Positions 52,094-64,000 of a DNA stretch of 64,000 nucleotides are shown piece after piece. The stretch's first letter is position 1; every line of letters starts with the position of its first letter. The DNA is taken from positions 186,001 to 250,000 of the forward strand of contig JAPEUD010000023.1 in NCBI GenBank assembly GCA_026026165.1. The letters are read 5' to 3'. Both the position numbers and the translations under genes were made by a program. The notes beneath the pieces are model-generated. The model saw nothing but the letters and a program-made list of their open reading frames with translations. It did not search any database and was not told where the DNA came from. The DNA is from Sarea resinae (taxonomy: Eukaryota).

Positions 52094-52288
52094 GGGACGG
52101 GGACTGGGACGGACGGGGTTAGAGAGAGGGATCACAACAATCACTGACTCTAGTGACAACAGCATTGATAGCTCGACACGATAATAAGACTTTTGCTTTG
52201 ATTGATACTGCCCACAACGGAAGGAACGAACGAACAAGACGCGACCACAGGCATACAATTTCAGCATACTGCGTTCATGGAGCAGACT

Positions 52289-53194
52289 TCATCCATCAAG
52301 AGAAACTTCCCTCCTTTGCACGGCGGCTCCCTCCTGCGCTGACCTCTGTTGAGAAGGCTTCTCATGATATCTGACTTCAAAAGACTCTTTGATAGAACGG
52401 GCTTCTTCCCCACTGTACCCCAGAGGGCTTAACACTGCGATGAGAGCGAAAAACAGAACAAGCCAAGTAATGAAAAGACCTCCGGATCGGTGCCACAGAT
52501 TTGACGATACGTAGTAATCGTTCTGCTTGCTAGAGCCACATTTCGGTATTGCAACAAGCTGGAATCCAAAGAATTGGGGTAGAAGCCAGGCCATGTGAAG
52601 CGATAGACGAGTTAGGTAGAGTGACCACAACACAGACAGTCTAAAGCAATCGCGAATCGCAGCTTCCCGAATTATCTCTGATGGTACCACGTTGATCGGC
52701 GGATTGTAGAAGTTTGTTGGTTTTGCATTCATGGATATCATCACCCTTTCAGCGATGAATAGACCAAGCACCATGGCCCAAAAGACTAGGGACGCGACAA
52801 CGAACACCCCGATTAGGGCGCGACTGAACCAAGAGCGCTCCATTACCCATACCAGAACACTGGCATCCGGATAGCGCTCTGGTCCCTTAATGATTGCCTC
52901 CAGCAGGAAATCCTTGACGAGGCCAAATCCATTGAAAAGCGACGTTATTGCCATGACCACAATGGCGACAATCTGGGCGGCTGCATGGCTCCTTGGTGTA
53001 GGGTTGTTGACTGTACAGGGAGGACAAGCCTCGGTCATGAGGTAGTAGAGATAGACGACTGCCAAATCAATCCCGAAAGTGGCGGGTAGGTCGGATGTGA
53101 TTACAGTAAGAATTCCGTCGGTGTCGAGACCTAGCATACGAACGATGGTCTCCGCCAGGTTTGATCGACGACCGAACTGACTGAACACTTCCAT
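52289..53194 (-). CDS. Hypothetical multi-pass membrane protein (301 aa)
   Basis: Long intact ORF in non-RIP sequence with about 5-6 hydrophobic segments; no family recognised; start and introns uncertain. Confidence 0.55.
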   Translation of the reverse strand: MEVFSQFGRRSNLAETIVRMLGLDTDGILTVITSDLPATFGIDLAVVYLYYLMTEACPPCTVNNPTPRSHAAAQIVAIVVMAITSLFNGFGLVKDFLLEAIIKGPERYPDASVLVWVMERSWFSRALIGVFVVASLVFWAMVLGLFIAERVMISMNAKPTNFYNPPINVVPSEIIREAAIRDCFRLSVLWSLYLTRLSLHMAWLLPQFFGFQLVAIPKCGSSKQNDYYVSSNLWHRSGGLFITWLVLFFALIAVLSPLGYSGEEARSIKESFEVRYHEKPSQQRSAQEGAAVQRREVSLDG

Positions 53195-56100
53195 ATTGGT
53201 ATCGCGGGCGTGTATGAGACGGAAGGAAAAGCCCTTCTGGGAAGTCGATTATTGAAGCGCCGTCGAGGAACTGATCGTTGACTAGTACGTGATCGATAGG
53301 ATGCCTTTGTGGAGTGCTATCTGCAGCTGCGGCTTGCCTTGGTTTCCCCAGGATTCTGGTGTCTCGGTTCCTTGAAGTCTTAGGTATTAGTCTTAGGTAG
53401 TTATTCCATAGAAACACGTATGCGAGGCTGCCGAATGGATTGGGTGATAAGGCCACAGTGGTTGTGGTTAAGATGCCAATTTTGTCCGTAAACGGTCAAG
53501 CACTTTGGCATCAAAGACAGTTAGTGGAAGTAATGCCAGATCCACAATCCCATCACTTCCTTCTCTTCCGGAGAAATTGCGTATTGCACATTCCAGACGA
53601 AGACACTGCTATGCGTGATTTGCTTCTTTGAGAAGGTGTGATGCGATAACCACAATTGTGATTTTTATGAGAATCACGGTCGCCTAGTATGGCGGACTAT
53701 ATTGAGCTTGCAGCCAATAGCCACTTTTGCGAAACCGACCCCACGAAAACCACCCTGCTGAACGCAAGCATTGCTTGCTTACTACTGCACTCTCTATCTG
53801 CTGTTGCAATACCTGGTGACTACAGTAATGTCTGTCTACTACTTTACTGCTGTATTGCTACTGCTATGCCTATGTAGATATCTATTTATTGTTATATAGT
53901 GTCTGTTTACAGCAATAATCTTGAATCGCAAAACTACACACTTAGTCTTTAATAAAGGCTGTACTATAATCAGGTATAGCAAGTAGTACTAATTTGCTTT
54001 ATTAGTATAGTACCTTGCTTAGATGTTTTAAAGAAGGTACTTTCTTTAGCACTTTATTAGAGTTACTAGACTAAGTAGTATAATCTATATAGTAAGAGCT
54101 TTAATACAAGTATAGTACACACTATATAGCTACTTAGTACACTGTAGTTAAGCTGTATTAGCTTTTAGGCCTTACTTACTTAGAGAAATAGCTGTTAGAA
54201 CTAATTATAGTAGTAAGTAGTATGTAATACAATATTAATACAGTGTAAAGAATTGTAAAATAGTAGTAGATTAGTATTATCTTAGTAGGTTAGCCTTTTA
54301 GCAGCAAGTAGTATTATAATAAGATGTTAAAGTTGCAGTATTAAGCAAGCATTGCTTATATTTAGCAAGGTATTTTTTTATAAAGTGCTCTTATAAAATA
54401 GCTATTAAAAGGAAGCTTAATATAGTCTGCTATACTAATAAGAAAGAAATCTTAGTTTATGCTTTAATGCTTTAGTTATTAACACTCTAGCTTCTTAAAT
54501 AGAGAAATTTAAAGATTCACTCTATATAATACTTATACTATATCTTCTTTATTTCTCTTTACTTTCTTTCTACTTTCTTTACTTCTTACTAAACTCTATA
54601 ATCAATCTATATATAAACTAACCTCTTATACACCTTTATCCTCTTAACATTCTTAACGCTCTAGACTGTATTAGTAAGCCTAACACGCTTGTCTTTAGAT
54701 AAAGTAAAGAGAGTGTAGGTATAGGTATAGAATGTAAAGAGTAGTGCCTTATTATTCTCTTCTTACTTTTCTAGTATAATAGAGAGAGAGATTTAGTAGA
54801 GGGTTTAGCGCTTAATGTAGAGATAAGATTAAGGGTTAGGGTTTAAAGTTTATAGTTATAGTTGTAGTAGTAAGAGGCTAGAAGAATTATTAGTAGTAGT
54901 AGTAGTAGTAGAATAATAAGACAAAAAAGTGTCACTGTTTAAGGTTATAGAAGCAGATAGTAAGAAAGAAGAAGATATATAAGAAGGTCTTAGTGTAAAA
55001 AGCATTGCTATAAGCGTAATAGTCTACTAAAATATCTGCTTTAGCTTTATATTCCTAGCTAAAGAAATCTAAAAACTAGCAGAAAAAGAAAGAGAGGAAA
55101 AAGAAAAAGCAAAGAGAAAATAAGAAAACTTATATTTGCTCTCTATATCTACTATCTAACCTCTAACTACCTAAAGAACTAATCTATACTCTTTTATAAC
55201 TTCTTTATATATCCTAGTATAGGTGTGTAGATAGCAGCAAGTGTAAGGCCTAGTTTTGCGTGTAGAGAGAAGCTTAAGAGGAAATAAGTTGTATATACTT
55301 AGAGAGTGTAGGGCTATAATTCTTAAGAGTTAGGTGTAGCTGCTGTAGTAAAAGAGGTAGATATAGTAGTAGAGGTGTTAAGAGAGGTAGTAGAAGAGGA
55401 TAATAGCAAGAGAAATAAAAGATCTTTGTTAATAATGCTGTTAAGGATTCTAAGAGCGTTAAGAGAGTTAGAGAGTAGAATAATTAGGTTGATATTGTGT
55501 GTAATAAGGTTATATAAGTAGTTTTTCTCTACTTTCTCTTTCTCTCTCTTATCCTTATTAGATACGTTGTCTTTATCTCTATTATCTTCTTTCTTTACTT
55601 ACTTGCTATCTCTAGAACATAGTATAAACATAGTTAAAAACCTTATTAAGAGATATATACCTATAAGCTAGGTATAGAAGTAGTTAATAGCAGGTTTAGC
55701 GACTAGATTAGCAGCTAAGATAGTAGAGGTTTTAGTCACTATAAGGTGTTTTTAGAGCTAGATATATAAGAGGTATATGTTATTAATTTAAATAAGAGAG
55801 AAGAGTTTAAGGGATTAAAAGGCTAGAGTTTATTGTTATTAAGTGTGAATATAGTAAGAGAATATAATATAGCAGCTAGTAGAGAAGACATTATATAAAA
55901 AGATTAGATAAGGGTCTGTAGCTGTTGTATAGATATACTTATTATAAGGTAAAACTTAGGCTTAAAAGGCTGTAGTTATAGCAGTTCTGTTATAGCGCAA
56001 TTAAAGTCTTTAAGAGGTTTAATAGAGAGGTAGCTATATATGCTATCTTATAATATTCTAGGACTAAGTCAATGTTTCTTACTAAAGATAGCCTGTAGGT

Positions 56101-56799
56101 TTATAAGATAATGTTTAGAGAATAGAATGCTTATAATATAGATATATAAATCACCTTTAAAGAGATACTATATCTCTTAAAAATTAGGATAGTAAGGCTT
56201 AAGAAGGTAAGCAGCAATGCATAACTAATGCTAGACATGTTTCTGCTATGCGCTAAATTCTTTCTTATATAGATACTTAATCTAGATCTAAACTATGCTT
56301 ATTTAAACAAAGCTTAAATACAATTGCAAAAGAAACATATAAGTAACTATATATAGGTTAATAAGCAAGTGTAATATTAGATGTAAGATATTCTAGTGCT
56401 AGTTATAGAAGAGCTATAATGTTAAGGCTATTAACTTTGCTATTAATCTTACTAGGTTAAGTGTAGATTAGATTACTATTAATCTATATATAATACTAAG
56501 CTAACTAAGTAAGTAAAAACATAGAAAAAAGAGAAGATAACTAAGCAAGCTAAGCGAGATTAGCTGCTAAGGCAGTATAAGCTAGGTATATAATGCAGTT
56601 ATATACCTAGTAGTAAGTAAATACTCTAACACTCTTACCTTATAAGCAAGCTAAGTATAGAGATACTAGAGAATATAGCTAAAAACAAGCCTAAAAAAAG
56701 CATATATCTCTATAAAATTCTTGTAAGAAGTTGATTCCTAACTGTGTAATTGCGCTCTTTTTTGCAGCAATATTAATGTTAAATTAAAAGCAAAACACA

Positions 56800-58165
56800 T
56801 GCTTTTAGCAATAATTTTTTATGCTAATTTGCTCTAAGAAGGCCCTGAATTTAACGACTAGCAAAGGCTTTATTAAGCTATTAGCTAGTATAAAATTAGT
56901 TGATATATATAATAAGGTGATTTGCTTATTAGTAATAGCTTCTTTAGTGAAATAGTAATGTATATTAACGTGTTTAAATTAAAGTTAGAAGCTTAACTAC
57001 TTAGTTAAAGCAATAGCCTCTTAATTGTCGCTATATATAAGTATAAGATTGTTAGATCTTAATCTAATTCTTATTTTACATAAGAGTATACAGATCTAAA
57101 TAGCTTCTTAAGCAGCAAGAGTCTGCGCTATATATTCTGCTTTATAAGTAGATATAGCAATAGAAGTCTACTGTTTTAATACCTATAATACAGAGCCTCT
57201 AGCAAGTAAGAATATATATCTTAATATAGATTTTTAAGAGTTAAGATTACTTCTATAATTAGCGTAAGAATAGCCTTGTATACTTAAAGCCTTACTGCTA
57301 TTAAATATAATTCCTAGGTTGCAACTACTAGCTAAATATTGCAGACAACGTTTAACTGCAATCTAGTGCGCTAAGGCTAGATTTTTATTATATTAAGAGA
57401 GTTTCCTAACAGTATAAGATAAATTAAGTCTAGTCTAATAAGACAGCTAATTAAATAATCTTATAATTAATTAGTATAACGTTTTATTAGCCTTAGTAGC
57501 TTAATAATCTTTAGAGTCTAGGATAGGATTTTTAAACATAAGAGTATTAGCCTCTTTTCTTATTTTTATACCCTGTTAATTAAAGAGTTGTTTAATAAAG
57601 GCAGTCTGTAATAATTAAGTGATTTTATTAGCTTAATTGCGTTAAATTTGCAACCCTAAGTAGGTTTGTGTAAGGCCTAGATCTATTATCTTATATTAAG
57701 TAGAAAGTCAAATTTTTAGGTCTTAGAGTGCTTCTGTTTTAGGCCTAATTAATAGTAGATTATCTATATAAATTGTAATAAAGATCTAATGTTCTAGATC
57801 TATAAAAAGACTAGGATTGTAATTAGATTGCTTTAGGTTTATAGACTTTAAGAAAGAAGATAAGGTCTTAAACTATTTGTAAAGAGATTGCTTTAATCTA
57901 TATAGAGCCTTTTTTAACTTATAGATAAGTTACTATAATAAAGATTAATAATAACTAGTTAGTTGTTGTATATATATATCTTTGTTAATAAGACTGTTTA
58001 AGAAGGCTGTTTTAACGTCTATTTAATCTATTTCTTAGTTATACTAGGTAGCTAGAGTAATAAGGATATATATAGTAGTTATATAAATAACTAAAGTATA
58101 TATCTCTTTATAATTAAGACTGTATATCTGTTTATAACTGCGTACAACCTAGCGTGCTTTTATAA
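56800..58165 (-). pseudogene. Ty1/Copia RT-RNase H relic
   Basis: IDVKTAFLN, LKKALY.LKQS, ITIY(V)D(D)LLL, KHV(D)I.Y.F, LA(DG)L(T)KPL; the upstream part of pol stops near 58165. Confidence 0.88.
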
Positions 58166-58414
58166 GGACTGCAAACAGGCAAATCAGTACCTAGCTGAGT
58201 TAAAAAGACTACTATAACTAGCCCCTAGGCTAGTTATACCTGTTTACCTACTATATAGCAGCAGTTGTCACCTAACGTAGGGAACTGCACTGTCGGCACG
58301 TTCCGCGGCACTTACTACCAGTACGTAGCTACGTACTCTGGTGGCCCCCTCAGGTACGTTGCGCAAGTACCTCTGTACCTCAAGTACCTCTGTACCTGCG
58401 CTCCTAACAACTAA

Positions 58415-61400
58415 TTGTTAGACCGCCTTCTAGACTTCTAGTTATAGTAGAGTAGGTAGGAATAGCACAATCAAATAGGCTAGTGCACTGCGGCGTGCTG
58501 GCGTCACTCTAGCGATGCAGAACTAATACTATAGATATAGATATTGCTAGTAGGCACTAACTTTGTAATTACACTAAACGCTAGCCCTAATAGCTAGCGC
58601 CTCTATTAATCTATATAACTAATAACCTTACTTAGCTTACTTAAACGTTGCTAAACTACACTAGGTAGTTACTCTACACTATACTAAGCTGTATACAGCA
58701 CCTCTATTAGTAGTAGCCCTTATAATTACCTTCTCTCTTAAGACCTAGTCCTTTAAGTCCTTTGTTTATAATGTATAACATTATAGTGTTAAGTCTTTAT
58801 CTTACTAGCGCCTTAGTAGTGTTGCTATTCGCTATAAACAATGAATTTATATAGATAATAAAGAGAGTTCTTTATCCTATTTACTTAGTTTACTAAACGC
58901 TGCGCTAGAGTAGCAGCAATAAATAGATAGAGTAAATGCTTTAAACTATTTGTATTAAGTATTCTCTCTATTGCTTAGAGGTTGCTTAGCTATAGGTGTG
59001 TAGGTATAAAACATAGGTAGTCTAGTGCACACACACACAATTAAACTTTTCGCACTATGTTTTTAGGTACGTTCTATATACTTATCTGCCTATTATAAAC
59101 GTTTTTAATCGCGCCTCTATTGTTCTACTATGTACCTATAAGCCCTATCTAAACTTAAAAGAGCCTCTTAAGCTCTATTAAGAGCTTTATCTACACTGTG
59201 CTAAGTGCCTTAGTGCTATCTTAGACATTGTATATAGCTATCCTAGCTCTTTAGCAAAGTGTATACACTGCGCCTAGCTCTATAAGAAGTGCGATAAAGT
59301 AAGTAATGCTCTTAATATAGCTCTAGGCAGACTCTAACTAGGCTCTATATAGGTGCTATATAAGTTCTATAAGCAGTTTAATTAGCTAGCTAAGGCAGTA
59401 GATATAGTAGCAGCTTTTACAGATAATAACCTAGCTAAAGAGCCTGTGTTAGGTGCCTTTTAAGCTAAACAGCAGCGTTTTACAAGGAGTGTTAAAGCCT
59501 ATATTAATGCTACTAACTGCTATCTCTTAGATAACACTCTATGTATTGCTATCACTACTAAGCGCCTAGCTAACAGTGTTAAGAGACTAAATAACATTCT
59601 CTACTATGCTATAAGCTAGCCTAGCTTATTACTAGCTTAGGGCTACGCTAACTACAGCTTATAGTTTAACCTGCCTTTAATTACACACACTAGTAAGAGT
59701 AAGGATAAGGATAATAACAATATAACTACACCTCTAGAGGGGTCTAGCAATTAGGCTAGTTAGGGCTAGGTAGAGTAGAGCAGTTAGTAATAGAATAGTA
59801 GTGTTTTTATTTTGTTTGTATACTAGATAGCGTTAGGTATACACTAGGATAGCGCTAGAGTTTAATTTCACTTTTCTTTTCTATAACTTTATCTCTCTTT
59901 ATAACTGTAGCATTATAGCCCTATAGCCTAATAGCCTTCTATAGAGACTATACACTGTTAGCATACAATTATATTATAGGCCTACCTCTATATTAGCTTG
60001 CTAAAACCACCTAAAAACCTTTGTAGGTAAAAGAGGTAGAAAGAGTTCTAATAGTAGCTCTTTACTAGTGCTATAACAACATGTCCTTTCTAGGACAGCT
60101 ATATAGTCTCCTTCCTATAATTACTTACAGCTTTAGGCTATACTTCTATAGCCTTCCTTATAGGCGTTTTGTTACTAGTATCTCTAGGCTAGCTAGAGGT
60201 TCTTTATAGAGTAGTAGATTCTTCTTTAGGCAGTCTTTTAGCCTCTTAGCTGTCGCCTCTATAGCGCTATCACTAAGCAGTCACTTCTTTAGTTAACTAT
60301 AAGGCTTAGTTAATAATATACTAGCATTCTATTCCTTGTTTACTAGGCCCTTATACTAGTTAGAGAGTAAGTGCTATTTATATTCTTATACTAGGTCTAT
60401 AGCGTTTGCTAGGTGCTTTGCTAGCTCCTAGCTAGTGTTATCTACTAGAGCTTCTTTCTACTTAACTAGATATTATCGCTCTCTCTTAAGTACTCTATAG
60501 CCTAGGATTTTCTTAACAATCTACTTAACCTAGCTATTAACTAGCTTAAAGTGCTAGTCTAAGGTATTGCTATTGCTATAGTAGCGCTTAAGCAGCAATA
60601 TATAGAATATAGGATAGATAGATCTATAAGCCTTAGAGAGCTATAACTAGTAGGCTTGCTTACCTACAGAGTTAAGTACTATAAATAGGCCTATATAGTA
60701 GTGTTCTAATTTCTTACTTAGGTGTATAGTGCTAAGGTTGCACGCTAACAGCATAACCTTATTACCTCTTTTGTATTGCATTAGCTTATGTTTCCTATTA
60801 TACTACTTAGCTTAGTACTACTATACCTTAGTAAGATCCTCTTCTAGTCTTTGTCTTACCTTTTAGAGGATATTAAGGCGCTTGTTTACTGCTAGCACCT
60901 CTCTCTCTATAGCATTGTTTATAATATTAAGTTGTAGATCTAGGTTGTAGCTATATAGAGCATAGAAGAGTGACATTCCTATAGATAAATATATGCTATT
61001 ATTATATATATACTTAGCTATAGGTAATAGCAGAGCCTAGTTGTCCTAGCAGCTGCTTATATAGCATTATAAGTAGTGTTCTAATATCTAGTTTTACCTC
61101 TTAGTCTAGCTATCTATCTGCAAGTAGAAGGCAGTGCTAAGCTAGTTCTTAATTTGCATTTAATAGTATATAGCTAACTAAAACTTACTTGCAAATACAC
61201 TGCCTCTATCTAACACAATGCGCTTTAGATTGCTATACACTGTTATTATAACGTTAACAAATATATCTATAAGTATAGCAGTATTTAGATTTGTCTAGTA
61301 TAGAATATATTTCGCTATCTTTATATAGCAGTTAACTACTACTATTATTATGTTGCAGGCCTTACAATCTCTTATGTTGCTTAGCAGCAGGCCTATAATA

Positions 61401-64000
61401 AAATCTATAGTGATTTCTTTAAACAGCTAGTAGGGTATAGGTAATGACTGTAGCTCGCTATATAGGCGATACCTAGGCACCTAGACCCTTTAATATATAT
61501 TACACTTATTAATATATTCTTTAACATCCTTAGCTAAATTAGTCTACTAGTATTTACACTAGATCACTTTTGTTATTCTCTTAGCGCTAAAGTAGCTACT
61601 AAACAGGTTATTATAGTTTATCCTTATAATTTCTAACCTAATAGCTGTATTATATAGTATATATACTTTGCCTTCTAGGCGCAGCAAGCCTATAGAGTCT
61701 ATTTTCTACTTTTCTTAGCCTGTAACCTCCTTAGTAGGAATGCTTTTAATCTTTTCCTTAGTAAAATAATCTTCCTACTAAGTCCTAAGGATAATATTAA
61801 GCAGCTAGCTTATTAGCAGCTTATACACTCTTTTATTAGCAGCTGCCTTATACACTACTTATCTTATATAGAGGTGTTTAAACTTATCTCCTAATACTAG
61901 CTTATTAGCATTATTATTTAGGCTAGGCCTAGGTGTTACTCTAGTGCCTCTCTATCGCTCTTTAATATTAGGCTAGGTGTTATCCTATAACTTAGAAAGG
62001 GTTTTAATCCTTTATAGATATATATTATCCTTTACACTTAAACTAGGTGTTATTCTAGTGCGCTGCTATCGCTTATTAATAGTAGGCAAGGTGTTATCCT
62101 CTAACCTAGAGAGGTTTTTAATCCCTTATAGATGTATATTATCCTTTAGCGTATTAGCACCTATTTTACCTAGATACTTATTATCTGTTCTAGTAAGAAG
62201 GTTTTAAATTACTAGCGTAGTGCTATCTCTCTTTAACATACATAGGTTCTGCAGCTTCTGCTATAGAGTAAGAAGTATCACTTCTAGACTCTATATCTTT
62301 ACCTTATAATTAGGGCGCTACAACAGCTTGTTAGCTAGATTAGCTTTCTCTACTCTATATATAAGTTTAAAATTATACGCTGCTAGCTGTTTAGCCTATC
62401 TAGCCTAGCGACAGGTTAACTCCTTTGTTGTTATAAAGTAGTGTAGATTTATATAGTTAGTTAAGACCTTAATAGAGTAATTAGCCTCTTCTAAGTAGTA
62501 GCGCTATTGCTTAAAAGCTATTACAATAGCTAGCAACTCTAAGTCATGCACTTTATATCTCGATTTAGTATTAGTAAGCTTTCTAGACTAGTATGCAACT
62601 AGGTGCTACCTTAACGCTGTTATTACACCTTATTTATCCTTAACTAGCTAGGATAAAATTGCTGTAACAGCAAATCTAGAAGCATCTGTTTCTACTTGTA
62701 TCTACCTCTTTAGATTATAGTAGTGTAGTATAGGCGCTATTGTAAAAGCTTCTTTTAAGGCTTTAAATACTTCCTTAGCTTCCTTAGAGAAGTAGAATAG
62801 ACTGCTTTTCTTTCTGTTCTTACTCCTAGCAAGTAGGCTAGTTAATAATAGCGCCTTAACAAAGTATTTCTCTATAAACTATTAGTAGAAATTTGTAAAT
62901 CCTAGGAAGACTTAGAGGTTATAATAGGTCTTAGAGGCTAGCCACTCTTTTATAGTGTCTACCTAGCTCTTCTCTATTGCAATACTATTAGTCCTAATAA
63001 CAAATCCTAAGAAATCAACTTCCTACACTCTAAAGACATATTTTAAGGGCTTTATATATAGGCTATAAGTTGATAGCTGTTTAAGGACCTAGCGTATATA
63101 CTTCTTATACTTATTAGGTAAATTAGAGTATATAAGAATGTTATCTAGATAGATAACACAGCAGACATTAACTAGGCCTTATAATATATAATTAATATAG
63201 CTCTAAAATGTAGCAGGTGTATTAGCTAATCTAAAGGGCATAACCTTATATTCGAACTAGCTATAACAAGTGCAGAACGCTGTCTTATACTTATCGCCTT
63301 TGCAGATCCTTATGCAGTAGTAGGTATCTCTTAGGTCTAGTTTTAAAAAAACTTTAGCACTGTTTATTTAGTCTATAAGCTTAGAAATAAGGGGTAATAG
63401 GTATTGATTCTTAATAGTAACCTTGTTTAACGCCTAGTAGTTAATGCAAAGTTGTAAGCTACTATCCTTCTTAGGCATAAATAAGATTAGCGCACTAATA
63501 GGGCTTATAGTAAGAGTGATCTACCTCTTTACTAAGTTATTATTAAGGTATCCTCTTAGGACGCCTAATTCCTTTTAGGATAATAGGTATATAGGTCTAT
63601 AGAGAGAGTCTTTACTCTCTATCTCTATAGTATAGTTAGCTAGGCTATGCTTAGGAAGCTAGCTAGCTTTCTCTTTACTAAAGACAGAAGTAAATTCCTT
63701 ATACTATTTAGGTATCTTATTACTAGCGCTAACCTAGCAAAGCTTTACTACCTCTATAAGTTTAGGCACTACTATAATCTCTTAGTAGTTTAGCTAACGT
63801 TTCTTCTAATGTTTCTTGCTAAGCCTAGGCTTATCTACAGGCTTAATATAGCTGAATTTACCTTCTAACTAACGCATATTATAGCAGTATAAGGATAGCT
63901 ATAGATACCTAAGTAAGAATAGAGGACTATTAAAGTTGTAGGTAAGGAACTAGCACTACGCTATCTTTCTCACGCTATTACTATTAGCGACTTGTATTTC
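58415..64000 (-). mobile_element. Chromodomain-bearing Ty3/Gypsy relic running off the window end
   Basis: RT VIYLD(D)ILIYS (~63135-63160), RNase H VETDAS.FA (~62680), integrase core (~61000-61450), chromodomain KILG.R....YLVK(W)K...S(W)E...HLANA (~60385-60525); LTR-like start TGTTAG at 58415. Confidence 0.88.
59120..59750 (+). pseudogene. Antisense Zn2Cys6-like ORF in the 3' region of the chromovirus
   Basis: (C)LHCAK...V(C)...KCIHCA.L.KKCDK followed by a GTAAGT...CTAAC...TAG intron. Confidence 0.5.

Noticed and set aside
51402..52267. ORFs with poly-CG, poly-HP and poly-WM runs
   Set aside because: Translations of the compound microsatellite.

Overview
Filamentous ascomycete genomic DNA in three compartments. 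(1) About 1-19,200 is GC-balanced and gene-rich, with six intron-containing or single-exon host genes: a PGC1-like GDPD, glutathione-dependent formaldehyde dehydrogenase, TIM9, a SAC7-like RhoGAP, a Ser/Thr-rich GPI cell-surface protein and a HYR1-like glutathione peroxidase. (2) About 19,200-51,100 and 53,900-64,000 are AT-rich, TpA-rich blocks with the signature of RIP, made of nested transposon relics. (3) About 51,100-53,900 is a small island with one or two membrane-protein genes. Manual back-translation through RIP damage shows that the main block holds three related hAT-family units. Two have the layout transposase(-) / unknown multi-intron ORF(-) / divergent histone H3-like gene(+); the third lacks the transposase. 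All three are dotted with a fixed-spacing GTAACAC-N6-GTAACA motif that lies mostly inside introns. An 11.9-kb Ty3/Gypsy element (404-bp LTRs, 4-bp TSD) has inserted into one H3-like gene. Downstream of pol it carries an extra ORF of about 1,100 codons with a PhyH-like 2OG-Fe(II) dioxygenase signature. The right block holds a Copia pol relic and a chromodomain Gypsy with an antisense Zn-cluster-like ORF. All transposon protein calls come from reading RIP-mutated codons by eye; no database search was run.
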